Shown piece after piece: positions 1-8,541 of a stretch of DNA of 32,000 nucleotides. Origin of the DNA: Schaalia meyeri. Lineage in GTDB: Bacteria; Actinomycetota; Actinomycetes; Actinomycetales; Actinomycetaceae. The stretch covers positions 360,001 through 392,000 of the forward strand of contig NZ_FNLK01000005.1 of NCBI RefSeq assembly GCF_900105015.1, read 5' to 3'. Every line of letters begins with the position of its first letter. Position 1 is the stretch's first letter. The notes under the pieces were generated by a model. That model saw only the letters and a program-made list of their open reading frames with translations, was not told the DNA's origin and made no database searches. A program made the translations under genes and the position numbers.

Positions 1-1156
1 CCCCCCTGCTCTTGCGTGACCATCCTCGCGTTGAGCTGGCAACCAGTCCCGCGACGGCCAATTCCATGAGCGCTCGGTTCACCTCGTCGCGACCAAGGCC
101 CGCAGCGACGCAGATCGAGCCGATGCCCGCTGGCGCGTTACGCGGCAGCGCTTCCCACACCCTGCGCTGAACTGGTTCCAACGCGTCGACCCCGTGGTCT
201 TGTTCGACGGGCATCCCAAACAACGGTGCGTTCTCATCAGTCCCTATCGGCCCCGCTAGCTCCGCCGCATCGCGGCCATCGCGAACAATCGTCGCTCCGT
301 TCCGTGCCAGTTCGAGGCATCCCACCGACATCGGTGCATCAACCGACCCGGGTACGGCCCCCAGCTGGCGCCCGCATTCCATGGCCCACCTGGCGGTCGC
401 CAATGCGCCGGAGCGCGCCCCGGCCTCGACGACGATGGTCGCTGCGCTCCACGCCGCGATCAGCCTGTTTCGAGTAAGAAAACGCCACTTCGCCGGCCTG
501 GCCGTAGGCGCTACCTCCGAAACCAAAGCGCCGCCGGAGCGGATGACCGCGCGAAAGTCCTCCCCGTGACAGGAGGGATATGGGTTTAACACTCCCCCAG
601 CGAGGACACAAATCGTCTTCCCCCCTCCTGCCATGGCTCCCCTGTGCGCTTCGATGTCAATGCCGATCGCGCCCCCCGATACGACGCAGTATCCCGCGCC
701 CGCCAGGTAGTACGCCATGTTCCGCGCGCATCGTCCTCCCGCTCCCGTCGACGCGCGCGCCCCGACGATCGAGACGTGAGAGTCGCTGCAAGGGCGGGTC
801 GGAAGCGACCCGAGAAACCACAGCCCCAGGGGTTCGTTGTCGCCAAGGCAACCCAGCTGTGTCGGCCACCTCGGGTCCGACGCAGTGACGAAGCCGCCAC
901 CCGTCCGTTCGACGCGTTCGTAATCGCGGTCAATATCGACCGCCAGTGCCCTCTCGCGCCACCTATTCCACTGCTGGAACCAGTCGACGTTGGAGTGGAG
1001 GGTCAATTGCGCGGGAAGCGAGCCCCCTCGCCCCTGGAGCCAGAGGCGCCCCTCCCGATCTCCCAGCGTCGTGCGAACAATGCGGGCGCAAGGATCGGCC
1101 GGCTCGGCGATCGCCGACCACCACGCGGCCTCTCGCGTATCACTGTCAATCATCAT
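1..1156 (-). CDS. dprA: DNA-processing protein DprA/Smf (5' complete, 3' end runs off the left edge)
   Basis: Absent from the ORF track because it has no stop in the window. Manual minus-strand translation from ATG 1156 gives MMIDSDTREAAWWSAIAEP...VSIVGARASTGAGGRCARNMAYYLAGAGYCVVSGGAIGIDIEAHRGAMAGGGKTICVLAGGV...RFLTRNRLIAAWSAATIVVEAGARSGALATARWA... It stays open for 385 codons down to base 1. These are typical DprA Rossmann-like core motifs. The start overlaps the comM stop by 11 nt (ATGATGATTGA). Its position downstream of comM matches Rv2896c/Rv2897c. Confidence 0.9.
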   Translation of the reverse strand, partial: MMIDSDTREAAWWSAIAEPADPCARIVRTTLGDREGRLWLQGRGGSLPAQLTLHSNVDWFQQWNRWRERALAVDIDRDYERVERTGGGFVTASDPRWPTQLGCLGDNEPLGLWFLGSLPTRPCSDSHVSIVGARASTGAGGRCARNMAYYLAGAGYCVVSGGAIGIDIEAHRGAMAGGGKTICVLAGGVLNPYPSCHGEDFRAVIRSGGALVSEVAPTARPAKWRFLTRNRLIAAWSAATIVVEAGARSGALATARWAMECGRQLGAVPGSVDAPMSVGCLELARNGATIVRDGRDAAELAGPIGTDENAPLFGMPVEQDHGVDALEPVQRRVWEALPRNAPAGIGSICVAAGLGRDEVNRALMELAVAGLVASSTRGWSRKSRG

Positions 1157-2693
1157 GATCGTGTCCATTTCTCAGCTGCTGTGCAGCAACGATGTGGTCA
1201 AGGGTGACCCGCTCACAGCCCTCAAGGTCCGCCAGCGTCCACGCGAGACGCAGCATGCGGTCGATGCCACGCATTGATGAGGTGCCTGCCTCAACGAGGC
1301 GATCAAGCTGTGTGACAAGCTCGGGGGAGATCCCGGAGCGCCTGCGGATCCAGGAACCCGGGAGCTGAGCGTTGAGGGTCCACGGTGTCTCCCGGAGTCG
1401 ACGACGGGTGCGTTCACGAGCCTCAAGCACCCGTTCGCGGATCGACGCCGAGTCGCGGACCTGTCCGGAAGCCATATCCGCCCTGCTGGGAGTGTGAACG
1501 TCGATCCTGATGTCCATTCGATCCAGCAAAGGACCCGACAAGCGTGCAAGATAGCGCCGCCTGCTCACGGAGGAGCACGTACACCTGCGTCCGCCGCGTC
1601 GTCCGCCACACGGACACGGATTGGAAGCCATGATTAGCTGGAATGACGCTGGATACATCGTACGTACTCCGGACCGATGCAGGTGTATCACTCCCGATTC
1701 GAGCGGCTCGCGCAAGGAATCGAGAACAGAGGGCGCAAACTCCGCGGCCTCGTCCAAGAATAGGATGCCCCCGTGCGCGAGCGAGGCGGCCCCGGGACTC
1801 AGCATCCGCGAACCGCCACCGATCAGCGCGGGCATCGTCACCGAATGATGAGGTGCCTGGAAGGGCGGCCGCGTCACCAGAGCCATACCCGCGGGAACCA
1901 AGCCAGCCACCGAGTGGAGCGACGTGGTAACCAGGGCGGTATCCGGATCCAGATCCGGCAGGATCGTCGGCAGGCGGGATGCCAGCATCGTCTTTCCAGA
2001 GCCTGGTTCGCCCAGGAGAAACACGTGATGACCGCCTGCTGCCGCGACTTCCATGGCCGCTACAGCCTCCGGCTGTCCACGCACGTCGACCATGTCCAGC
2101 GTGGTCGGCTCCCTGTCGTCAACCGCGCACTGCCTGGTATCCAAACGGCCGTGGAAGGGTGCCTTCACCGCCTCTCCTCCCGCCCACGCAACCAGGTCGG
2201 CGAAGTGGGCGAAAGGCAGGACCTCGATGCCGCTGACCAGCGTGGCCTCCTGCGCACAAGCAGCTGGGACGATAACGCGACGCACCCCGCGTGAGCGAGC
2301 CGCCAGCACAGCTGGCAGGACGCCGCGCACCGGCTGAATGCTGCCGTCGAGAGCAAGTTCACCGATGATCACACTGTCCTCGAACGCGAGAGGAGAAACC
2401 AATCCCGTCGCCAATGCGACCGATGCCGCGATGGCCAGATCGAAAGCCGATCCGGATTTAGGGATGCCGGCGGGAGAGAGATTCACGGTGATGCGCTGAT
2501 CCAAAACGTTTAGTCCGCACGACTCGAACGCCGCTCGGACCCGATCGCGCGCCTCCCGCACGGACGTATCCAGCAGCCCGACCAGGGTAAAGGCGACGAG
2601 CCCCGACCCCGCATACGTTTCTACGTCAACCAGATGTCCTTCGATGCCGACGATGCTCATCGAGTAGGTTCGCGCGAGCCCCGGGCCGCTCAT
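1146..2693 (-). CDS. comM: Mg-chelatase-like AAA+ ATPase, YifB/ComM family
   Basis: ORF 1146..2711. It has an N-terminal Lon-protease-like domain (SIVGIEGHLVDVE...), Walker A GEPGSGKTMLA and Walker B ILFLDEAAEF. The start is trimmed to ATG 2693 (MSGPGLARTYSMSIVG), which forms an ATGA overlap with the yraN stop. The track start at 2711 is a GTG. Confidence 0.92.
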   Translation of the reverse strand: MSGPGLARTYSMSIVGIEGHLVDVETYAGSGLVAFTLVGLLDTSVREARDRVRAAFESCGLNVLDQRITVNLSPAGIPKSGSAFDLAIAASVALATGLVSPLAFEDSVIIGELALDGSIQPVRGVLPAVLAARSRGVRRVIVPAACAQEATLVSGIEVLPFAHFADLVAWAGGEAVKAPFHGRLDTRQCAVDDREPTTLDMVDVRGQPEAVAAMEVAAAGGHHVFLLGEPGSGKTMLASRLPTILPDLDPDTALVTTSLHSVAGLVPAGMALVTRPPFQAPHHSVTMPALIGGGSRMLSPGAASLAHGGILFLDEAAEFAPSVLDSLREPLESGVIHLHRSGVRTMYPASFQLIMASNPCPCGGRRGGRRCTCSSVSRRRYLARLSGPLLDRMDIRIDVHTPSRADMASGQVRDSASIRERVLEARERTRRRLRETPWTLNAQLPGSWIRRRSGISPELVTQLDRLVEAGTSSMRGIDRMLRLAWTLADLEGCERVTLDHIVAAQQLRNGHDHDD

Positions 2694-3130
2694 TGCACAC
2701 CTCGCAACCACAGGACTTGCGCGCCAAGAGCGCGCAGATCCACGGTCTCACTCGTCACGTTCGGCCAATGGTCCAGGTGCCGTGCGTCAAGGGTAATGGC
2801 AACGACATCGATCCGAACCCGGGACCCCAGCGGTCCGTGAGCGCGGCACCACGATCCCGTCAACGCCCGTAACCGCATCACCTTTTGCGCATCCACTGAT
2901 GCGATCGCACTGCCGCGTCGGCGCCCGACCCTGGTGCGCACCTCAACGACGACGGTCCACGGGCAAGTCGGATCAGTGTCATCGCGCGCAACGATATCGA
3001 TTTCCCCGCGCCGACCGTCGTGCCAATTGCATTCGATGATCCGCAGGCCAGCCTCTTCGATCAGCAGGCGCGCGGTGTATTCCCCAGCGGCACCGAGTAG
3101 TCGGCGAGCGGGTCGTGTTGAGCAGTTCAT
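2690..3130 (-). CDS. yraN: YraN family (UPF0102) predicted endonuclease
   Basis: ORF 2690..3130 contains GEYTARLLIEEAGLRIIECNW...GEIDIVARD...VVVEVRTR, typical of UPF0102/YraN. A GGAGG SD lies 9 nt upstream of ATG 3130. Its position upstream of comM matches Rv2898c. Confidence 0.8.
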   Translation of the reverse strand: MNCSTRPARRLLGAAGEYTARLLIEEAGLRIIECNWHDGRRGEIDIVARDDTDPTCPWTVVVEVRTRVGRRRGSAIASVDAQKVMRLRALTGSWCRAHGPLGSRVRIDVVAITLDARHLDHWPNVTSETVDLRALGAQVLWLRGVQ

Positions 3131-3267
3131 GTCAGCTCACCTCCACGACCACACTGATCCCCCGACCACAGCCATTCAACGCGAAAACCGCCACCTGTGG
3201 ACGGATGACGGTACGCGCGCCGCCCTGTGGATAACCGAGAAAGCGCGGACGCTATGGGAGGGACAGA

Positions 3268-3567
3268 CTAGGGAATATCGAGCTCCGGCTTGGACAGCTC
3301 CTCTACGTTGACGTCCTTGTAGGTAATGACGCGCACCGAGCGCACGAATCGCGACGACCGGTAGATATCCCACACCCACGCGTCGGAAAGCGTCAGCTCG
3401 AAGAAAACATCGCCGCCCACCGGACGGGCCTGGACGTCAACGTGGTTACACAGGTAGAAGCGCCTCTCGGTTTCCACGACGTACTTAAACAGGCCTATGA
3501 CGTCGCGGTATTCCTTGAAAAGCTCCAGCTCCAGGTTGTTCTCGTAGCCTTCGATCTCTTCGTTCAC
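3268..3567 (-). CDS. DUF2469 family protein (Rv2901c-like)
   Basis: ORF 3268..3567 with a GTG start. The sequence NLELELFKEYRDVIGLFKYVVETERRFYLCN...VWDIYRSSRFV is the conserved actinobacterial DUF2469 pattern. It lies next to rnhB, as in mycobacteria. Confidence 0.8.
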   Translation of the reverse strand: MNEEIEGYENNLELELFKEYRDVIGLFKYVVETERRFYLCNHVDVQARPVGGDVFFELTLSDAWVWDIYRSSRFVRSVRVITYKDVNVEELSKPELDIP

Positions 3568-3621
3568 AAACCAATCATGCCGGGCGAGGGCCTCCTGGGC
3601 GCCCAGCCGCCTCGGCGCGCC

Positions 3622-4293
3622 CTACTTTGAGGGCGCCACCGGCATCTTCCACGAACGCCGGTGAAAATCGCTGACCCCGAGCCGAGCGATTGCGCGCGCG
3701 TGTGAGGCGGATCCGTAGCCCTTGTTCGAGGCCCAACCATACCCCGGGTCCGGCGCCTCTTGCATCAGTCGATCCCGCGCGACTTTGGCGAGCACCGACG
3801 CGGCCGCGACCACGGCGCAGGAAGCGTCGGCCTTGACCTGCATATGGACCGGAAGCGTCACGCCAAAGGGATCCTCCGGCCCATCAGCGCAGCCGAAGAG
3901 GTCACCGGGTTCCGTCAACCAGTCATGGGAGCCGTCCAGCAGCACGCCGCCGGGCACGTACCCGGCATCCCGCACATCCGCCAGCGCACGCCGACCCGCC
4001 AGCCGAAGAGCAGAAACGATTCCCCAACGGTCGATCTCCTGGGCAAAGGCGTACCCCACGGACGATGTAAGGACCCACGATCGAATTGGGTCGATCAGTG
4101 CCTCGCGACGCCGTGGAGTCAACGCCTTGGAATCCGTCAGGCCATCGGGAACGGGCGGCGCGTGGGTGCCGATGAGAGCGACGCCAACGGCAACGGGACC
4201 CGCGAGAGCACCGCGACCGACCTCGTCCATTCCGGCGACGATCCCCCAGCGGTCCGCCAGCAAGCACTCGAGCTCGCGCGACGCGGTAGTCAT
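3622..4293 (-). CDS. rnhB: Ribonuclease HII
   Basis: ORF 3622..4347 contains the RNase HII motif GMDEVGRGALAGPV and the C-terminal GYGSASH. The start is trimmed to ATG 4293 (MTTASRELE), which forms an ATGA overlap with the lepB stop. Confidence 0.9.
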   Translation of the reverse strand: MTTASRELECLLADRWGIVAGMDEVGRGALAGPVAVGVALIGTHAPPVPDGLTDSKALTPRRREALIDPIRSWVLTSSVGYAFAQEIDRWGIVSALRLAGRRALADVRDAGYVPGGVLLDGSHDWLTEPGDLFGCADGPEDPFGVTLPVHMQVKADASCAVVAAASVLAKVARDRLMQEAPDPGYGWASNKGYGSASHARAIARLGVSDFHRRSWKMPVAPSK

Positions 4294-5036
4294 GAGGAGG
4301 CCGGGAGGGAGGCGAATACTTCCGGGTGAGCAATATCCGTGGACCAACGCGACAGCGGCCAGATGATCGCCTGCACCGTGCCGACGACCGAGGAAACGGG
4401 AACGTAGGGCGACTGGCCAGAACCCATGTGGTAGCGAGAATCCGCAGAGTTCGAACGATTATCACCCATCACCCAGAGGTGTCCCTCCGGGACGACAACG
4501 TCGAACGTGCGCTCGCCGCAGGGAACCTGTCCCCCGAGAACGTAGGTCTCATCCAGCTCCACACCATTGACGCTGACTTTTCCGTTCGCGGTGGCGCACG
4601 TCACGCGATCCCCGCCGACGCCGATGACGCGCTTGACGAGGGTCTGCTCTCCACCCCCGGGCACGAAGCCCGTGAACTGACCCAAACGACGCAGCACCGA
4701 CGGCGAAGAGTTCTCCTTTGCCCCAAGCCACCCGAGGGTGTCGTCAAAGACGACGACGTCACCCCTGTGGATGTTCGTTCGCAGCGCATCGACACGAGAG
4801 ACCGCGATACGATCGTCCTCTACCAGAGTGTTGCGCATCGACGGCGATGGAATCCAAAACACCTGAACGATGAACGCGCGCAGAAGCGATGAAATGACCA
4901 GCGCGACGACGACGATCACCAGGATTTCACGCAACCACACCAGGGGGTTGCGCCGGGTCCGCGCCTCCGCGCGGTCGCGATCCTTCAGCGAAGGCGCATG
5001 CACCGGTCCGGGCGTAGAGCCTGCAGTCGGGCTCAT
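4290..5036 (-). CDS. lepB: Signal peptidase I
   Basis: ORF 4290..5060. It has one TM helix, the catalytic Ser box IPSPSMRNTL, the Lys box KRVIGVGGD and box E GDNRSNSADSR. The preferred start is ATG 5036 (MSPTAG), preceded by AAAGGAG 5 nt upstream. ATG 5060 has no SD. Confidence 0.9.
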   Translation of the reverse strand: MSPTAGSTPGPVHAPSLKDRDRAEARTRRNPLVWLREILVIVVVALVISSLLRAFIVQVFWIPSPSMRNTLVEDDRIAVSRVDALRTNIHRGDVVVFDDTLGWLGAKENSSPSVLRRLGQFTGFVPGGGEQTLVKRVIGVGGDRVTCATANGKVSVNGVELDETYVLGGQVPCGERTFDVVVPEGHLWVMGDNRSNSADSRYHMGSGQSPYVPVSSVVGTVQAIIWPLSRWSTDIAHPEVFASLPASS

Positions 5037-5079
5037 ACGGTCTCCTTTAAAATCACTCATCCCTCCAAGGATACGGCGA

Positions 5080-5108
5080 GGCCCGACACCGGGGCACGGT
5101 GTCGGGCC
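5080..5108 (-). terminator. Hairpin downstream of rplS (candidate intrinsic terminator without a U tract)
   Basis: An 11-bp perfect stem GGCCCGACACC / GGTGTCGGGCC with a 7-nt loop. It lies 34 nt after the rplS stop and before the lepB SD. There is no clear U run, which is common in actinobacteria. Confidence 0.55.
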
Positions 5109-5141
5109 CTTCCGTGAAAAATGCCAAGGCGCACGCTGTCC

Positions 5142-5498
5142 TTACTCAGCCTTTCCGGAACGATGTTCCTTGATCTTCGCGGCCTTACCGTGACGCTCAC
5201 GCAGGTAGTAGAGCTTGGCGCGGCGCACGTCGCCCTTGGTGACGACCTCAATGTGGTCGATCGTGGGGGCGTGGACCGGGAAGGTACGCTCAACGCCCAC
5301 GCCGAAGGAAATCTTGCGGATGGTGAACGTGGCGGACACACCGTGACCGCGACGGGCGATCACGACACCCTGGAAGACCTGGATACGAGAGCGGTTGCCT
5401 TCGATGACCTTGACGTGCACCTTGAGGGTGTCGCCAGCTCGGAACGAGGGAATGTCATCGCGCAGCGATGCCGCATCAACGGCGTCCAGCTTCTGCAT
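5142..5498 (-). CDS. rplS: 50S ribosomal protein L19
   Basis: ORF 5142..5498: [51 protein letters not shown]... is unmistakably L19. An AAGGAG SD precedes the ATG. Confidence 0.97.
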   Translation of the reverse strand: MQKLDAVDAASLRDDIPSFRAGDTLKVHVKVIEGNRSRIQVFQGVVIARRGHGVSATFTIRKISFGVGVERTFPVHAPTIDHIEVVTKGDVRRAKLYYLRERHGKAAKIKEHRSGKAE

Positions 5499-5650
5499 TT
5501 CTTCTCCTTGACGTCTTCGCCGCAGGTCGGGGACGTCTGGTTGGGCGGGGTGAACCCGCTCAGTTGACGGTTGACCGTGCGCCTCGGTGTCCCCCTGCGG
5601 CAGGATGAACCACGCACAATCTTTAGTATTCTCCCACAGGTGTGGCGTCT

Positions 5651-7024
5651 TCAGCCAGCGCCAAGCCCCGAGGCATCGGTGAGATCACGCACCATTACGA
5701 CATCGTCGTTACGGGCGCCCCCACCATCGAACCTGCGAGTGGCGCGCTTGCGGAAACCGTGACGCTTGTAGAAGCCCTGCGCGGCCTTGTTGGCCCGGTT
5801 GGCACAAAGAACGATCGCGCGGTGGCCGCACCGTGCGGCATCCGCACATGTTCTTTCGATGAGAGCGTCGGCGATGCCGCTGCCCTGCCACGACTGATCA
5901 ACGCGGCACTCTAACAGGTACGCGCTGCCTGCATCCACCCTCCCCGGGCGCACCATGTCGGCCGGGAGCGCGCCCGGGCTCACACGCGTCAAGGCGTAGC
6001 CGGCGAGACCTTCAGGGACCTGCGCGACGACGATCCGGTAGCGCAACGGGTCCCCCGCCATCGCCTTGAACTCGTCGGGGCTCGTCCGGGTTTCGGCGTG
6101 CGAACAGGCGGCTTTTTCGGGCAGGTCTAAGGAGAGCACATCCGGGAACGCGCGCGCGGCGAGCGCGCTCAGTTCAAGCGCATCACCAGCGTTCGCCACG
6201 CGAATCTGCACTCGCTTACCCGCTCCCGAGCACGGGTAAGCGATGCCGCAAGAGGCAAGGGCAGCGCGATCGGAATCATCCAGAGACTCGGCCTGAAGGG
6301 CCAGAGCGAGGTCGGGACGAACCCGCGCGGTCTTCTCGATGGCGCGGTCGCGCCGCCACCGTTCGATGGCCGCGTGATTGCCACCCAGGAGTACCTGGGG
6401 GACTCCGAGCGATCGAAACTCGCGAGGCCTCGTGTAGACGGGATACTCAAGCAAACCGGCCCCAGAGTGGGATTCTTCGACGAGTGAATCAGGATTGCCC
6501 ATGAAACCGTCAAGCAGGCGCGCGACCGCTTCGGTCAGCACCATGGCCGCCACCTCGCCGCCGTTGAGCACGTAGTCCCCGATAGAGAACTCGAGCACCT
6601 CTACATCGCGGGAGCTGTAATGCTGGCCGACGCGAGCGTCAATTCCCTCGTAACGGCCACAAGCGATGGCAATCTGGCTTGCGTGGGCCAGGTCCTCCAC
6701 GAGGGCCTGGGTGAGCGGGGTACCCGAGGGGGTCGGGATGGCGAGGATCCTCCTCTTAGCAGCACCGATTTCCCCCGCGTTTGCGGATCCAAGCGGCATG
6801 GCAAGTACCTGATCGAGGGCCTTGCCCCACACATCCGCCCGCATAACCATGCCGGCCCCACCGCCGTACGGTGCATCGTCGACGCTGCGGTGCCTGCCTG
6901 ATGCCCATTGGCGCAGATCGTGAACAGCAACGCTGACGAGGCCCGCCTGTGTCGCCTTGCCCATGAGGGATAGGCCAAGCGGGGTGAAGTAGTCGGGAAA
7001 GATCGAGATCAGGTCGAAACGCAC
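5651..7024 (-). CDS. trmD: tRNA (guanine37-N1)-methyltransferase TrmD fused to a C-terminal GNAT N-acetyltransferase domain
   Basis: ORF 5651..7114 (487 aa). TrmD motifs are [25 protein letters not shown] and [11 protein letters not shown] (about 6290..7024). The GNAT domain spans about 5681..6214, with acetyl-CoA motif [14 protein letters not shown] and [11 protein letters not shown]. The frame is continuous. The likely start is GTG 7024 ([13 protein letters not shown]), 14 nt after the rimM stop. The track start at 7114 would overlap rimM. Confidence 0.9.
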   Translation of the reverse strand: MRFDLISIFPDYFTPLGLSLMGKATQAGLVSVAVHDLRQWASGRHRSVDDAPYGGGAGMVMRADVWGKALDQVLAMPLGSANAGEIGAAKRRILAIPTPSGTPLTQALVEDLAHASQIAIACGRYEGIDARVGQHYSSRDVEVLEFSIGDYVLNGGEVAAMVLTEAVARLLDGFMGNPDSLVEESHSGAGLLEYPVYTRPREFRSLGVPQVLLGGNHAAIERWRRDRAIEKTARVRPDLALALQAESLDDSDRAALASCGIAYPCSGAGKRVQIRVANAGDALELSALAARAFPDVLSLDLPEKAACSHAETRTSPDEFKAMAGDPLRYRIVVAQVPEGLAGYALTRVSPGALPADMVRPGRVDAGSAYLLECRVDQSWQGSGIADALIERTCADAARCGHRAIVLCANRANKAAQGFYKRHGFRKRATRRFDGGGARNDDVVMVRDLTDASGLGAG

Positions 7025-7037
7025 GCTGGTCGCTTTC

Positions 7038-7541
7038 TCAGCGTTCTTGGACGGAATCGTCGTCGAATAGTCCGGGCGGCGCATCGATGACGACGAAACC
7101 GGAGTCAACGTCAACGGTGGGCACCAGGGCGGTCACGAATGGCACCATGACGGAGCCGCGCGGGGTCGCCACGAGCAGTAGATCCTGCGCCGCACCAGGG
7201 GTCAATCCGCTCACGGTTCCAAGAACGTCGCCGCCGGGAGTGCGCGCCTGAAGCCCCTTTAGCTGGTGGGGGTACCAGGCATCTTCCTCCGGGTGCTCCT
7301 CGACCAGCAATCGAGCTCCCCGCAGAGCTTCAGCTTCCTCTCGGCTCGCGCATTCTTCGAATGACGCGAGAACACGATCCTTGTGAACCCGAAGCCCGCG
7401 CACCGTCAGGACACGATCGCCCCCCGCGACCTCCAGGCGCGATCCGGGAGCCAAGACGGCGGGATCGTCGCTACGGACATCCACGATGGCCTCGCCACGC
7501 AGGCCGTGGGCCGGGCCGATGATCGCTGCTGTGAGCCGCAT
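7038..7541 (-). CDS. rimM: 16S rRNA processing protein RimM
   Basis: ORF 7038..7727 is trimmed to ATG 7541 (MRLTAAIIGPAHGLRGEAIVDV...), preceded by GGAGGAG. The longer version is Arg/Pro-rich and overlaps the KH gene. The PRC-barrel C-terminus (VPFVTALVPTVDVDSGFVVID) is typical. Confidence 0.9.
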   Translation of the reverse strand: MRLTAAIIGPAHGLRGEAIVDVRSDDPAVLAPGSRLEVAGGDRVLTVRGLRVHKDRVLASFEECASREEAEALRGARLLVEEHPEEDAWYPHQLKGLQARTPGGDVLGTVSGLTPGAAQDLLLVATPRGSVMVPFVTALVPTVDVDSGFVVIDAPPGLFDDDSVQER

Positions 7542-7582
7542 GTGTTCTCCTCCTGACGAACGGGATCTTCCCAAAGGATACA

Positions 7583-7615
7583 GCGGAGGGGTCCGGCGCT
7601 GCCGGACCCCTCCGC
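7583..7615 (-). terminator. Very stable intra-operon hairpin between the KH gene and rimM (attenuator, partial terminator or processing site)
   Basis: A 15-bp perfect stem GCGGAGGGGTCCGGC / GCCGGACCCCTCCGC with a 3-nt loop. On the minus strand it is followed by CTGTATCCTTTGGG, which is weakly U-rich. It lies in the 88-nt gap between the stop at 7630 and the rimM ATG at 7541. Confidence 0.4.
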
Positions 7616-7629
7616 GACGTGTGCGAGTC

Positions 7630-7869
7630 CTACTCGCGATCCGTGTCGACGACGTCAACGCGGATCGCGCCGCGCGCGGACAGGGCACCCATGACGGTGC
7701 GCAACGCGCGAGCCGTCCGCCCCCCACGTCCGATGACGCGACCCAGATCCTCGGGATTCACCCGAACCTCGAGCAGCTGCCCGCGTCGCATCGAACGAGG
7801 CGTCACCTCAACGTCCTCGGGATGGTCAACAATCCCGCTGACCAGGTGCTCCAACGCGTCGGCGAGCAT
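7630..7869 (-). CDS. KH-domain RNA-binding protein (YlqC / Rv2908c-like)
   Basis: ORF 7630..7869 carries the KH GXXG loop in VIGRGGRTARALRTV. It starts 2 nt after the rpsP stop, the conserved position between rpsP and rimM. Confidence 0.85.
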   Translation of the reverse strand: MLADALEHLVSGIVDHPEDVEVTPRSMRRGQLLEVRVNPEDLGRVIGRGGRTARALRTVMGALSARGAIRVDVVDTDRE

Positions 7870-7871
7870 GC

Positions 7872-8318
7872 TCAGGCATCCTCTCCGGCGGCCTCTTCGG
7901 AAGCCTTCTCAGCCTCGACAGCAGCAGCCTTCTCCTCGGCCTTCTTTGCGGAAGCGGCGGCCTTAGACTTCTCGGCTGCGGCCTCGGCATCCTTGACGGC
8001 CTGCTCGGCCTGCGCGGCCTTGTCGGCCTCGGAAACCTGCACGCGGGAGACGGCGTCGGCCTTGCCATTGAACTTCGCGATGTCACCGGTCAGGACCAGC
8101 AGCTTGCGGACCTGGTCGGAAGGCTGGGCGCCAACGCCGAGCCAATACTGGGCACGGTCAGAGTCGATGCGGATGATCGACGGGTTCGGCTGAGGATCGT
8201 AGTAGCCGACCTCTTCAATGACGCGACCGTCGCGCTTCTTTCGGGAATCGACGACGACGACGCGGTACTGGGCGGCGTGGATTTTTCCCACGCGCTTCAG
8301 GCGAATTCGAACTGCCAC
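7872..8318 (-). CDS. rpsP: 30S ribosomal protein S16 with an Ala/Lys/Glu-rich C-terminal tail
   Basis: ORF 7872..8318 with a GTG start. The sequence (M)[41 protein letters not shown] is canonical S16. About 65 aa of low-complexity tail follow, as in other actinobacteria. Confidence 0.97.
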   Translation of the reverse strand: MAVRIRLKRVGKIHAAQYRVVVVDSRKKRDGRVIEEVGYYDPQPNPSIIRIDSDRAQYWLGVGAQPSDQVRKLLVLTGDIAKFNGKADAVSRVQVSEADKAAQAEQAVKDAEAAAEKSKAAASAKKAEEKAAAVEAEKASEEAAGEDA

Positions 8319-8449
8319 TTGAGTGGTCTCTCCATTTCAGAATTGGTGTGGACCTTTGCGTCCCGAGGTGGGAAACACAGGGGTCGCATCGGACCGGGAC
8401 ACGACGAGGCGCAGCGAGAGGGTCCGCGTCCCGTCGGGTACAGCTAGCG

Positions 8450-8479
8450 ATTATGCCATACTTCGAGCTCATGTCCCAA
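8450..8479 (-). promoter_or_regulatory. Candidate sigma-70-type promoter of the rpsP operon
   Basis: The minus strand reads TTGGGA (8479..8474), an 18-nt spacer, then CATAAT (8455..8450). TGG sits immediately upstream of the -10, resembling an extended -10. This implies a 5' UTR of about 125 nt before GTG 8318. Confidence 0.4.
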
Positions 8480-8541
8480 GCGAGAACACAGGGCCATCGC
8501 AAACGAAAAGGTAAGATCGATCACCACAAAGAGCGATCGGC

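Noticed and set aside
644-1207. 187-aa plus-strand ORF and other small ORFs in 226-1277
   Set aside because: All are antisense to or out of frame with dprA, whose minus-strand frame is open across the whole region with DprA motifs.
7542-7727. 62-aa N-terminal extension of the rimM ORF
   Set aside because: It is Arg/Ser/Pro-rich, overlaps the KH gene and spans the 15-bp hairpin. GGAGGAG precedes ATG 7541, where RimM homology begins.
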